From NCBI GenBank assembly GCA_038319685.1, contig JBBQDN010000005.1, positions 15,277-79,276 of the forward strand: a stretch of DNA of 64,000 nt, read 5' to 3'. The DNA comes from Candidatus Saccharimonadales bacterium (GTDB lineage Bacteria > Patescibacteriota > Saccharimonadia > Saccharimonadales > Saccharimonadaceae). Positions 28,167 through 37,472 of this stretch are shown one piece after another. Below the pieces are notes generated by a model, which made no database searches, had not been told where the DNA came from, and was given only the letters and a program-made list of their open reading frames with translations. The stretch's first letter is position 1, and each line of letters opens with the position of its first letter. A program made the position numbers and the translations under genes.

Positions 28167-31100
28167 TTAGCTGCCGTTATTATTACGATTTTCCATATCA
28201 TGGAGCGCATTTTGCATCGAAGCATCTTCATGAGCAATCTCGATATTTGTTTCACGACCTGTTTCTCGTAGTCTGCCGGCATGGTCGATAGCAGTTTGCT
28301 GTGCGCTATCGACGTCGGATACGTAATTTGCCTCACCCTTTGCTCTTGCACTTATGTCTGCAATTGACTGTAGGGCAGCCTTTTCTTTTGTTCCCATGCC
28401 TGCACTAATTTTTTCATTACCGAGTACAGCAGCAGCAGTTTCACCAGTCAGACCTCCAGAGCTAGCTGCAGACTGGATAGCTGATTCAGTTTGTCCGGCG
28501 ATTTGTTCATGAGATAATCCACTCCACGTACTGGCTTTCGAACTCTCGTCTGTGAGTGAAGTGCCGGGTGCTGTTCGTGACCACGCATCTAGTCCAGCGT
28601 CCTTACCCTTAATACCAGCACTCGATATGTCCTTGCGAAGACTTTGACCAAGTTCAGTATCAGTACCTGGATTTGACGTAGAAAGAGTTTCCCTTAGGGC
28701 GGCAACACCCTTTGCTCCTGTTTGACTAGTGAGGATTCCGGCCGCTGCTCGTGCCCTATTGCCAGCAGCACTTCGTACTTGTTCAGATTGACCAGTATCA
28801 TTAGCTGTCGCTATTGCATTTGATAATTCTGTCTGCAAACCAGCTACTAATTGATGCGGTTCAAACTTTGCTTTAAGAAGGAATTCTTCATTCTCAACCT
28901 TTTCCTTATCAATTTTATTGAGCTGTCCTTGTGCTCGAGCCTGATAACCAACTGCGTTTGCACCGGCGACACTTGCTGCAAATTCAGGATCCTTTACTGC
29001 TTTTTTCAAAATTGCTTCATTCTGAAGGTCTTTCAGCTGATCAGTACGCCCGGATCGTTGAGTATCGATGCGGCCTCTTCTCTTTAGTGCTGCTCCGCGA
29101 CCTGGCATTGACCATTTATTTTCATCCAGAGCACGGATACCGCGTCGCGTTTTTTGGTCATCAGCGAATCCACGTGCACCCTTTTTCATACGATCAAACG
29201 GACCTTTGTTTGGGTTATTAACAAATGCGCCAACCTTGCCAAGTACACCACCGGCGGCCTTCATGATGATTGGCGTGAGCGCAAGCGGGACGATTGCGAC
29301 GAGCGCACCCATAATTTGAATTGCAACAATGTAAGGTGGAGAGGATGCTTGTGAGCTGGCAGTAGATATAATAACCTGTGATGCGAGTGCTGATGCTCCA
29401 AACATTAGTCCGATAATAGGAAACATTAATAGCATTGTTTGGAATAGACCTCGCCATTTTTTGAATAATGATTCAGTATTTGGTAATAGAAACGCGACGA
29501 ATGCCAGTGGCGAGATAACGATTAGCAGAACGATAAGCGCTTGTCTAACTGTAAGTACGACGAAAACCGTCACGATCGCCAGTAACGCAACGATAAGCGC
29601 AGGAAGTAACGCAGACAGTGTAATATAGAGCACTGCAGCACCTGCTATAACTGCCGCGGTAGTAAGGCCTAGCCAACCGCTACCACCCGTAGAGGCCCCA
29701 TTAATCGTCGCTGAATCCGGAACCGTTAGACTGCCTGCGAGACCCTTAAAGACACCATTTACAGAAGTCCCGATAATGTTGGATGCATCAACTGCTATCG
29801 AGCATATCCAAAAAGATATATTAACCAGTATTGCTGCTGCAACTAACCTTGGGAGCATTTTTTTTATACCATAGTTAGTGATTCCAACGCTGGTCACTTG
29901 TGAGAAGATAATAATCAAAAAGACAATCACGAATACGACATTTGAAATATTACGCATAGCTGACCATGCGTTATAAATCCCAGTTGAACCCGTAACGACT
30001 GGTTGTACGGTTAGTAAACTCGCGACAATTCCATAGGCGCCATCAACAATACCCGCCATGAATTTAAGGACAGGACAAACAATCCACCCAATACCGTCAA
30101 TCGCACAAGTAGTTGGGTTATCTTTTGTATTGTCGACGGTTGGGTTTGTAGTAATAATACCGTCTGCCCCACCGGCTGCCTTGGTCGCACCGAATTTACA
30201 TGCAGTGTTCCCGGGTATGTCAGGATCCGAAGATGAACTGACAGGGTATGTAATGTCGCAGTATGCTGGGTCTGACTTATGAACAAAGCCAGCGTCACAG
30301 GCCGCTAAACCGATAGCATCTCGCGGATACTGGTCCTTACAAGTGACTGGCTTATGCGTTGCGTACCAGGCTGCATACGCATCGACATTTGGATCCATCA
30401 TGAGAACCTTGATTTGCGCGCAGGTTGGATTGTTGCCGTCACCATTTTCCAGTCCATAGGTATAGATTTTATCGGTATTAAAAGAGATATCTGCCTTTGG
30501 TTTATAGAGCCAATCTTCCCTGGCGCCCGCATCGGTGATAATAGCTACCGCTATGGCACCTGCTTTTTCGTCGGTCGTGGCTGTTGCGACAGACTTTATC
30601 TTGTCAGCACAATACATTTCAAAGGTTGCCTTACCGATATAATATTCTAAGTAGCCCGGAGGGCCTGGGTTACCCGCACCTCCATAGTACTTTATCTCAA
30701 TAGCACGTTTGACCGAGTCTAGCCTCTTACCCGTATCACTTGAAACTGAAAAATCACCCGATCCACCGTCGCCACATGGACTGCCGTTGGTCCGCTTGAC
30801 ATCTGCATTACTAAAGAGGTCGCAGAATGCCTCGGTTTTTCCACTATATCCAAAAGCAGCAAGTGCGCTACTGATGAATCCTGGCTGATCACAATACGAA
30901 GTACCACCATGCTGCCCTGCATCGCCGTTACGAATAATACCAGTCGACACATAATGATCGACACTAAACCATGATCCATTTGCAACATCACCTGCTGATA
31001 TATTGTACGTGTTTCCGACAGGTCTAAACGGAGCTGTTTTAGCACATGCCGCTAGAGCACGGTAGTAGATGAATGCATTTGCTTGATCATCAATTGAAAC

Positions 31101-31208
31101 ATTATCCACGGGGGCCGCAAGTGCGAGATTCGATAGAGAAATAGTACTAATAACCGTCGAAACGATCATCAAAAGTGCAAGTAGTGAGTACTTTATTTTT
31201 GTCTTCAT
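28167..31208 (-). CDS. giant VirB6/TrbL-like polytopic T4SS channel protein, paralogue 1
   Basis: I chose ATG 31208 (MKTKIKYSLLALLMIVSTVISTISLSNLALA signal; AAGG RBS). It has a ~370-aa Cys-rich ectodomain, the motif CAIDGIGWIVCPV, at least 6 TM helices, and a ~400-aa helical/low-complexity C-tail. Confidence 0.6.
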   Translation of the reverse strand: MKTKIKYSLLALLMIVSTVISTISLSNLALAAPVDNVSIDDQANAFIYYRALAACAKTAPFRPVGNTYNISAGDVANGSWFSVDHYVSTGIIRNGDAGQHGGTSYCDQPGFISSALAAFGYSGKTEAFCDLFSNADVKRTNGSPCGDGGSGDFSVSSDTGKRLDSVKRAIEIKYYGGAGNPGPPGYLEYYIGKATFEMYCADKIKSVATATTDEKAGAIAVAIITDAGAREDWLYKPKADISFNTDKIYTYGLENGDGNNPTCAQIKVLMMDPNVDAYAAWYATHKPVTCKDQYPRDAIGLAACDAGFVHKSDPAYCDITYPVSSSSDPDIPGNTACKFGATKAAGGADGIITTNPTVDNTKDNPTTCAIDGIGWIVCPVLKFMAGIVDGAYGIVASLLTVQPVVTGSTGIYNAWSAMRNISNVVFVIVFLIIIFSQVTSVGITNYGIKKMLPRLVAAAILVNISFWICSIAVDASNIIGTSVNGVFKGLAGSLTVPDSATINGASTGGSGWLGLTTAAVIAGAAVLYITLSALLPALIVALLAIVTVFVVLTVRQALIVLLIVISPLAFVAFLLPNTESLFKKWRGLFQTMLLMFPIIGLMFGASALASQVIISTASSQASSPPYIVAIQIMGALVAIVPLALTPIIMKAAGGVLGKVGAFVNNPNKGPFDRMKKGARGFADDQKTRRGIRALDENKWSMPGRGAALKRRGRIDTQRSGRTDQLKDLQNEAILKKAVKDPEFAASVAGANAVGYQARAQGQLNKIDKEKVENEEFLLKAKFEPHQLVAGLQTELSNAIATANDTGQSEQVRSAAGNRARAAAGILTSQTGAKGVAALRETLSTSNPGTDTELGQSLRKDISSAGIKGKDAGLDAWSRTAPGTSLTDESSKASTWSGLSHEQIAGQTESAIQSAASSGGLTGETAAAVLGNEKISAGMGTKEKAALQSIADISARAKGEANYVSDVDSAQQTAIDHAGRLRETGRETNIEIAHEDASMQNALHDMENRNNNGS

Positions 31209-31247
31209 GTCATAAACCTTATGATTACATTTAACAACACTAGACAT

Positions 31248-31282
31248 AAAAATACCAGCCCGTCGTTAGGGCTGGTATTTTT
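31248..31282 (-). terminator. intra-operon hairpin with flanking T/A runs (bidirectional rho-independent-like)
   Basis: AAAAATACCAGCCC-gtcgtta-GGGCTGGTATTTTT. Sits between the 425-aa gene stop (31300) and the paralogue-1 start (31208). Confidence 0.5.
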
Positions 31283-31299
31283 CATTTTAGCAACAAGAA

Positions 31300-32577
31300 C
31301 TACTGCACTGTTAATACGTCTGAGGTGTAGATGGCAGACTCAGTCTTGCCGGTGTTAGGATTTACCACATCGTGTACTACAAAAACCAGTTCCGAGTAAC
31401 CAGTACTATTACCTAGCGCTACTTTAGTAAAGTCGATTGAATAACTCGTTGGGTTTATTGGTTTGCGAATTGAATCTGCAAGAGGCGTAGCTGTCTCATA
31501 TGCAGGAATATCGTCTTGTTGAAAATCATGGCTGTTGTATGCATCGACGGCAGGTTGATATGCTCGAAGACCGACAAAGTTAATACTTTCAAGGTAAAGA
31601 CGTCCAAGCTGTTTGTTTTGCGAGCCAATATAATAAGCAAGGTAATCACGGAGTTTAACATTGTCGAGTACTTTCTGATCTGAGCTATCGACTGTTATAT
31701 CAACAGACTTTTCCAGGTCACTAGCTAGCGCAGGGTCGTCGAGTCGAATCTTAGCAATCGCATCCAGTACATTATTGCGATAAAGGAAAGTGGCCATTTG
31801 ATCAAACTCTTTCCCTGATGCCTCTTTGCTATATGTCAATGGATCCATTTCTGACCAATTTTTCGCAGCGATTTGATTAAAAGATGCTTGGGTTTCGGGA
31901 GATAGTTGATCCCAAAGTCCAGCCCCACCTTTAAGAGGATCATTTTCGGAAACAGTTGTTTCGGGCGTTGTCGTTACTGATGATCCCATATCGCCACTTG
32001 CTGGTACCCCTACTTCGGACGTAGGTGCAGGAGTGGATTCTATAACGACACTAGTTGCGCCTTGTTCGACAGTGCTAGGTGCGAGTGTGCCAGGGATGAC
32101 GGGCGCAGTGGCCGTCGGTTCTACATTTGACGGAGTAGATTCGTTACTAGACGTCGCTGCTTTGATGCCAACTGCTGCACCTACTGTAAATACAAGCGCA
32201 AGCGCACCAATACGAATTTTTGAACCAAGTGACCTAGGTTGTTTGTTGTGTTGTATATGAAGTGCTTCGAGATGAGCACGACCCGCTGCCATTTCAGCAT
32301 CCGTTATTGGGCCGGCACTTTCACTTAAATCCCCAGGAATAGCAAATGGAACTTCCGTATGAACATAGGAACCAACGCCACCTGGATTAGAAATGGTATC
32401 CGGAGCGAGCCAACCCTGATCAGCAACAGCATCAGGAAGACCAGTTTCTCTATAGTGTTTTGTTCCGGGAACCTCAATAGGTTTTCCGTCGGGTCCAATA
32501 AGACCCGAGTGGCGGGCTTGTTCCGCTGCACTACGTGATGATGGTTCTGGGTTTGGTCCTGATGTTTCAAAAGCCAT
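31300..32577 (-). CDS. bitopic membrane protein (cytoplasmic N-domain, 1 TM, S/T/P linker, ~210-aa ectodomain); VirB8-analogue candidate
   Basis: TM IGALALVFTVGAAVGI at ~aa 123-140. The topology is like VirB8/PrgL/TcpC. No sequence motif recognised. Confidence 0.35.
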   Translation of the reverse strand: MAFETSGPNPEPSSRSAAEQARHSGLIGPDGKPIEVPGTKHYRETGLPDAVADQGWLAPDTISNPGGVGSYVHTEVPFAIPGDLSESAGPITDAEMAAGRAHLEALHIQHNKQPRSLGSKIRIGALALVFTVGAAVGIKAATSSNESTPSNVEPTATAPVIPGTLAPSTVEQGATSVVIESTPAPTSEVGVPASGDMGSSVTTTPETTVSENDPLKGGAGLWDQLSPETQASFNQIAAKNWSEMDPLTYSKEASGKEFDQMATFLYRNNVLDAIAKIRLDDPALASDLEKSVDITVDSSDQKVLDNVKLRDYLAYYIGSQNKQLGRLYLESINFVGLRAYQPAVDAYNSHDFQQDDIPAYETATPLADSIRKPINPTSYSIDFTKVALGNSTGYSELVFVVHDVVNPNTGKTESAIYTSDVLTVQ

Positions 32578-32629
32578 GGTTTACAGTTCCTTGTGCGCTT
32601 ACTTGGGCACGTAATGTACTAATGCTTTT

Positions 32630-32658
32630 ACTATACACTATTTTTTAATAAAAAGCAA
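32630..32658 (-). promoter_or_regulatory. sigma70-like promoter upstream of the 425-aa gene
   Basis: On the minus strand: TTGCTT (32658-32653), 17-nt spacer, TATAGT (32635-32630). An AAGGAA RBS precedes ATG 32577. Confidence 0.35.
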
Positions 32659-32711
32659 CATGTTTATTGATATGTCAAGAATTGATTTTAAAAAACGGAT
32701 GTGTTTATGGA

Positions 32712-35318
32712 CTAAATACCAAGTCGGTCACGGATCTCAGGTTTAATGAGACGCAGGGTTTCAGGGCTGGACGTAAGGTTTCCTATGAGTTTCGCATACG
32801 CTACAGGATCTCCAGCTACAGGATCGGTAAGTTTATCAATTGCATGATGCTGCATTGTTGAGTTTGATGCGGCAAACTTATCGGATGCCAAGTTTCTCCA
32901 AGTCGCGATATCTTCATTGATTGTATTAAACGTTACTGTTGGACCCTTGGCGTTGTTAATCCAATCATCGAAGCTCTTTCCGGCCTTACGGATATCGCCA
33001 TTCATACCAAGTACTTCTTTGAAATCGAGTAGATCCTGAGTTGCAGGAGCGCTACTTTCGTAGGTTGTAATAATATCAGCAAGTTTTGCGATACCGGGTG
33101 GGCCATTTTTTGCGATGGTATTTGCATATGCGATGCGCTGAGATAATGTCGTCGACGTATTAAAAGCAGTCTCCAAACGGCCAATGTCCGTCGATAGCGC
33201 GTAGTCCATGGTGTCTTGAATGTTCTTTGTGTCCTCTACGTACGATTGACTAACGGTTGCCTTTGCTCTTGCGAGAACTGAGTTTTGGCCTTGTTCACCC
33301 ATAACTCCACCTGCGAGCACAAGCCGTATAGGATCCGTCTTGAGGGCATCTGCGAGGTCAATTTGTCCAGCACGTTCGGCTTGTTGTTTACGCATTCCTT
33401 GTATTGCAATAGACTGTGCGGTGACATGACTATCACTAACAAGGGTACTCATCGGTGTACCTGCGGCGTACGCAGTGCCACCACGACCACTTTCCCATTC
33501 TTTTGTTTCAGCGTCCCAAGTTGCTTTTGCGTCTTCTGTTTGGCGGGTGGCAAGGTGTTGGGTTAGTCTCTGTGCACGCATACCTGGGTTGGTAATCGCG
33601 TAGCGTTCCTGGTCCGCTTCAACTTGTGCTTCAGACATAGAGACATCTAATTTAGCAATGCGAAGATTCGTTTCATCAGCACGAACTCGGACATTACTGA
33701 GGCGCATATCGTTAAATGCCTTGTCTATAACAGCTTGAGCGGTATCTTTCTTAATACCTGCATGAGTCATACGATGGCTAGCGTCCTGGTAGCCCTTATC
33801 ACCCATACCGTGTGCTTCGGATTCGGCTTCGTAGGCTTTCTTCCATTGTTGTTCGCGCATATGTTTGACGTGTTTGCGCTGGGCACTGGCGCGGAAGGCG
33901 TTACGTTTTGGTGGGGTTGCAAGTGAGCGAGCTTTATGGTGGTCAGCCCGTTCTTTGCTCCAGTTACGGGTACGGTCTAAAATGCCCTTTTTCGGATTGT
34001 TGACCATACCGGCAATACGGCCAAGCAGTGAACCACTCAGTTTAATCAGGAGTGGTGTGATAACAACTGGAGCGATCTGCACCATCATACCCAGGATGAG
34101 AATAACGATTGAATCGGCGTTTTGAATAATCGCCGTTCCTGCCAGCTGCGATCCGCCGAATACGATCGAAAACATCGGGAACATGATCAGGAGGGTCATG
34201 AATGTATCTTTCCATTTATCGAATAATTTTTCAGTATTGGGTAAAAGGAATGCGACGAATGCGAGTGGTGAGAGGATGACAAGAATCGTGATAAGTGCCT
34301 GACGAGCGGCGAGCACGAGGATGGCGACGACTGCTGCGAGCAAGACAATGACCAGTCCTGGAAGGAGTAAGTAGATCGCAGCAGCAAATCCACCACCTGT
34401 TGCAACGATTGCCGAATGAACGGCGATTGCCCCTGCCCCGAGCGCTGTTGCACCACCGAGCACTGCAGCGGTCACGACTTCCCAACCGGTCACGTTCCAG
34501 CTATTCCCAGTGGTTCCGACGATTTGGTTACGAATCGAAATAAAGATATCTTGGATAGAATAGCCAAGGATATTTGACACGTCAACCGCAACCGAACAAA
34601 TCCAGTACGATATATTCACTAAAATAGCCGCGACGATGAGGCGCGGAAGTAGCTTCTTGATACCATAATTGGTCATCATCCCACCAACGAGTTGTGAGTA
34701 AATAATAATGAGGAATGCAATGACAAACGCAACGTTTGCGAAACTTTGCATGACTGACCAAGCACGGTAAAGTGCTGCCTGCTGATTTGTTTGCACCGGT
34801 CGCACTTCGAGGAAACTACTGATGATGCCAAACAGCCAGTCCATTGCTTTGGCGAGGAAATTGGTGACAGGACAGACAATCCAGCCGATACCATCGACCA
34901 CACAGCTTGTCGTGCTGGTTGTGGGACTTGCTGCTGACGGGGTGATATTAACGGTTGATGGTGATGATGGGTTGGTATAGACACCAGGCGGCGTGTAGTC
35001 ATAGGTGACATAGGTTGCGGCGGCTGCTGTCGGCGGATCGGTACCGGGTGCAAAATAAATAACGTAAGCTTTAGACAGAATTGCCGGGGCAATCGGTGCT
35101 GAATCGATAGAAGTATAGTATTTACTACCAGGAGTGATACCAAGGCCATCCGTAGCTGTTGCATCGGTCGGTCCAGTAAAGGTTTTACCGTCGTAACTGA
35201 TTGATTGACCTGTCCACGTAGCGTCGGCAGGAGCAGCATGCGTTGGCTGGACGGTAAAAAGGATACTTGAAAGGATAGCCAAGATGGCGGTCATGGCAAA
35301 AACAAACAACATTCGCAT
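32712..35318 (-). CDS. giant VirB6/TrbL-like polytopic T4SS channel protein, paralogue 2
   Basis: I chose ATG 35318 (MRMLFVFAMTAILAILSSILFTVQPTHA signal; AGGGGT RBS). The track's extra 75 aa run into the divergent promoter region. Contains motif CVVDGIGWIVCPV, at least 6 TM helices and a ~430-aa helical C-tail. Confidence 0.6.
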   Translation of the reverse strand: MRMLFVFAMTAILAILSSILFTVQPTHAAPADATWTGQSISYDGKTFTGPTDATATDGLGITPGSKYYTSIDSAPIAPAILSKAYVIYFAPGTDPPTAAAATYVTYDYTPPGVYTNPSSPSTVNITPSAASPTTSTTSCVVDGIGWIVCPVTNFLAKAMDWLFGIISSFLEVRPVQTNQQAALYRAWSVMQSFANVAFVIAFLIIIYSQLVGGMMTNYGIKKLLPRLIVAAILVNISYWICSVAVDVSNILGYSIQDIFISIRNQIVGTTGNSWNVTGWEVVTAAVLGGATALGAGAIAVHSAIVATGGGFAAAIYLLLPGLVIVLLAAVVAILVLAARQALITILVILSPLAFVAFLLPNTEKLFDKWKDTFMTLLIMFPMFSIVFGGSQLAGTAIIQNADSIVILILGMMVQIAPVVITPLLIKLSGSLLGRIAGMVNNPKKGILDRTRNWSKERADHHKARSLATPPKRNAFRASAQRKHVKHMREQQWKKAYEAESEAHGMGDKGYQDASHRMTHAGIKKDTAQAVIDKAFNDMRLSNVRVRADETNLRIAKLDVSMSEAQVEADQERYAITNPGMRAQRLTQHLATRQTEDAKATWDAETKEWESGRGGTAYAAGTPMSTLVSDSHVTAQSIAIQGMRKQQAERAGQIDLADALKTDPIRLVLAGGVMGEQGQNSVLARAKATVSQSYVEDTKNIQDTMDYALSTDIGRLETAFNTSTTLSQRIAYANTIAKNGPPGIAKLADIITTYESSAPATQDLLDFKEVLGMNGDIRKAGKSFDDWINNAKGPTVTFNTINEDIATWRNLASDKFAASNSTMQHHAIDKLTDPVAGDPVAYAKLIGNLTSSPETLRLIKPEIRDRLGI

Positions 35319-35496
35319 AGAGTTACCCCTATGCGAAACGTACTTTTTCACGTCCCACATACAAATAATAATAGCACTATATGTCATAAAAGTCAATGCC
35401 CCGCGGAGCTTTATACCATATACTATAGTACCAAAAAAACACTCATTGTCGATATTGTTGCCAATCGCGCGTTTTTGTCGTACATTATAGATAGTT

Positions 35497-35904
35497 ATGA
35501 GCCTAAAACAAACAATAAAGATGTCACTACTAGGTACGGTCACCCTGGGTATAATTGGCCTATCGATTGGGACTACTCCGGCATTGGCACAGAGTCAGTG
35601 TGGTAAGGTAAATACTGCGATTATCACCTGTAGTCAACGAGAAACTGGTGACCTCAAAGACAGTGGTGTTTGGGGTATATTGATACTAGTCATTAATATT
35701 ATGACCGCCGGAATTGGTATATTGGCTGTTGGGGCGATTGCCTATGGGGCTATTTTGTATTCAACCGCCGGTGGAAGTGCTGAACAAACGAAAAAAGCAA
35801 TTACTGTTATTACAAATACGGTGATTGGGCTGGTTTGTTTTCTCTTTATGACCGCGATCCTTAATTTCCTGATTCCGGGAGGGATATTTAATGTCATACC
35901 GTAA
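35497..35904 (+). CDS. VirB2/TrbC-like T4SS pilin paralogue P1
   Basis: Signal ...IGTTPALA, a Cys pair (QSQCGKVNTAIITC), then a two-TM hairpin with loop YSTAGGSAEQTKKA. Confidence 0.55.
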   Translation: MSLKQTIKMSLLGTVTLGIIGLSIGTTPALAQSQCGKVNTAIITCSQRETGDLKDSGVWGILILVINIMTAGIGILAVGAIAYGAILYSTAGGSAEQTKKAITVITNTVIGLVCFLFMTAILNFLIPGGIFNVIP

Positions 35905-36595
35905 CGTCACCGTAAAATCACGAATTAAGAACTGGGTACTTGCCATATTTTTTGTTGCATCAACCGGGGGTGCACTGGTGACAACTGCCCTGCCTCAAAC
36001 GGCAAGCGCTGCATGTGCGACAAGTTTTTTCGGGATTCCCGCTTGGTATGACGGAATGATCGGTGGTGATTGTAGGGTGCTTGACCCGTCAAGTTTCCCC
36101 GGAGGTTTGTCGGGATTTATTTGGAGGATTGTCCTGAATGTTGTCGAGATTATTTTACTGGTGTCTGGCTATGTTGCTGCCGCGTTTATAATTGTTGGTG
36201 GGTTTAAATATATTACCAGTGCTGGATCGCCGGATGATTCAGTAAAAGCCAGAAAAACAATCATTAATGCAGTGATTGGGTTGGTGCTTTCGATGTCGTC
36301 GGTGGCGATTGTCAATGTCGTCACAACAACTGTTGTGGGTGGAGTAGATGCGACGGGCATTCCGACAATCAGTGCGGACGGCGTAACACTTGCTGCTATC
36401 CTTAACGCAGTGTATTTCTGGGCGGGTGCAATTGCCGTGCTGATGATCGCTATTGGCGGACTACTGTATGTTGTATCGGGGGGTACTGCGAGCAATATCA
36501 CCAAAGCAAAAGATACAATTATTTATGCATCGGTCGGGCTTATCATTATTATTATGGCGTTTACGATAACACAAGTCGTCATAGGAAGGTTTTAA
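35891..36595 (+). CDS. tandem double-domain VirB2/TrbC-like pilin P2
   Basis: Signal ...LPQTASA, a Cys pair, then two consecutive hairpin modules: GGFKYITSAGSPDDSVKARKTIINAVIG and GGLLYVVSGGTASNITKAKDTIIYASVG. Confidence 0.55.
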   Translation: MSYRNVTVKSRIKNWVLAIFFVASTGGALVTTALPQTASAACATSFFGIPAWYDGMIGGDCRVLDPSSFPGGLSGFIWRIVLNVVEIILLVSGYVAAAFIIVGGFKYITSAGSPDDSVKARKTIINAVIGLVLSMSSVAIVNVVTTTVVGGVDATGIPTISADGVTLAAILNAVYFWAGAIAVLMIAIGGLLYVVSGGTASNITKAKDTIIYASVGLIIIIMAFTITQVVIGRF

Positions 36596-36596
36596 T

Positions 36597-36965
36597 ATGA
36601 AAAAAATGAAACAATATGTCATGATGTTTGCGCTGGCCACGTGCCTGGCGGTTAGTGCTATTGCACCTGTTTACGCAGTAAACGTATTCCCTGCCTGTTC
36701 GGTTGATCCTGGGTCTGAGGTTTGTAAGGCGGCTGGAACCGACAGAGCCGACAGTACGATAAAAACCGTGATTAATACAGTCATTTATATTATCGGTATT
36801 GCGGCGGTCATCATGATTGTTATCGGTGGCCTGCGCTATGTTTTGTCGGGTGGTGATTCATCGGGAACTAAAGGTGCGAAGGATACGATCTTGTACGCAG
36901 TTATTGGTCTGGTGATCGCTATTCTGTCGTTTTCGATTGTTAACTTTGTCGTTGGGAGATTTTAA
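36597..36965 (+). CDS. VirB2/TrbC-like T4SS pilin paralogue P3
   Basis: Signal ...IAPVYA, Cys pair ACSVDPGSEVC, and hairpin IGGLRYVLSGGDSSGTKGAKDTILYAVIG. GGAAGG RBS. Confidence 0.6.
   Translation: MKKMKQYVMMFALATCLAVSAIAPVYAVNVFPACSVDPGSEVCKAAGTDRADSTIKTVINTVIYIIGIAAVIMIVIGGLRYVLSGGDSSGTKGAKDTILYAVIGLVIAILSFSIVNFVVGRF
36799..36857 (+). repeat. 59-nt tract identical to 37196-37254 (pilin P3 vs P4)
   Basis: By eye, ttgcggcggtcatcatgattgttatcggtggcctgcgctatgttttgtcgggtggtgat is identical in both genes. A 3-nt indel follows, then high identity continues. Confidence 0.85.
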
Positions 36966-36966
36966 T

Positions 36967-37365
36967 ATGAAAGTAATAAAAAGGAAGTATATGAAAAAAC
37001 TACAGATGATTATTGTGAGCTTCGTTGCATTATTTGCGATTGGTGCGGGAAGTTTAGTACTTAGTCCACAAACGAGCTATGCAACTCCGGCGGATGAAAT
37101 CAAAAAAGGCGTGACGAATGTTGGTGGCGGCACCAGTGGAACGCTTGACGCGGGTATCAAAAATGCCATCAACGTGATCCTGTATGTCACCGGTGTTGCG
37201 GCGGTCATCATGATTGTTATCGGTGGCCTGCGCTATGTTTTGTCGGGTGGTGATAGTTCATCGACCAAAGGTGCGAAGGATACAATTCTGTATGCTGTAG
37301 TGGGACTTATCGTGGCGATTATCGCGTATGCGATTGTTAACTTTGTCGTCGGTGCGTTTAGCTAG
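36967..37365 (+). CDS. VirB2/TrbC-like T4SS pilin paralogue P4
   Basis: Start is ATG 36967 or 36991 (both have an RBS). Signal ...PQTSYA, no Cys pair, hairpin IGGLRYVLSGGDSSSTKGAKDTILYAVVG. Confidence 0.6.
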   Translation: MKVIKRKYMKKLQMIIVSFVALFAIGAGSLVLSPQTSYATPADEIKKGVTNVGGGTSGTLDAGIKNAINVILYVTGVAAVIMIVIGGLRYVLSGGDSSSTKGAKDTILYAVVGLIVAIIAYAIVNFVVGAFS

Positions 37366-37409
37366 CCCCGTAAACTAACATATTCAGGAAAGCATAAGCC
37401 AAATGGCTA

Positions 37410-37438
37410 TTAACAAATAGCGCCCAATCTGCTATAAA
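37410..37438 (+). promoter_or_regulatory. sigma70-like promoter for pilin P5
   Basis: TTAACA (37410-37415), 17-nt spacer, TATAAA (37433-37438). An AAGAAAGGAA RBS precedes ATG 37473. Confidence 0.35.
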
Positions 37439-37472
37439 CTAAAGAGAGTAAATCCTAAGAAAGGAATTAAAA

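Noticed and set aside
35319-35543. Long N-terminal extensions in the track for several genes: 943-aa VirB6-like paralogue 2, valS 62637-62720, rnpA 12459-12557, pilin P6 41260-41382, 55571 gene 56132-56218, FemX-like 62743-62793, VirB6-like paralogue 1 31209-31247.
   Set aside because: The track takes the longest ORF, including GTG/TTG starts. The internal ATGs restore canonical N-termini or signal peptides, have an RBS or -10 element, and remove overlaps with neighbouring genes or promoters.
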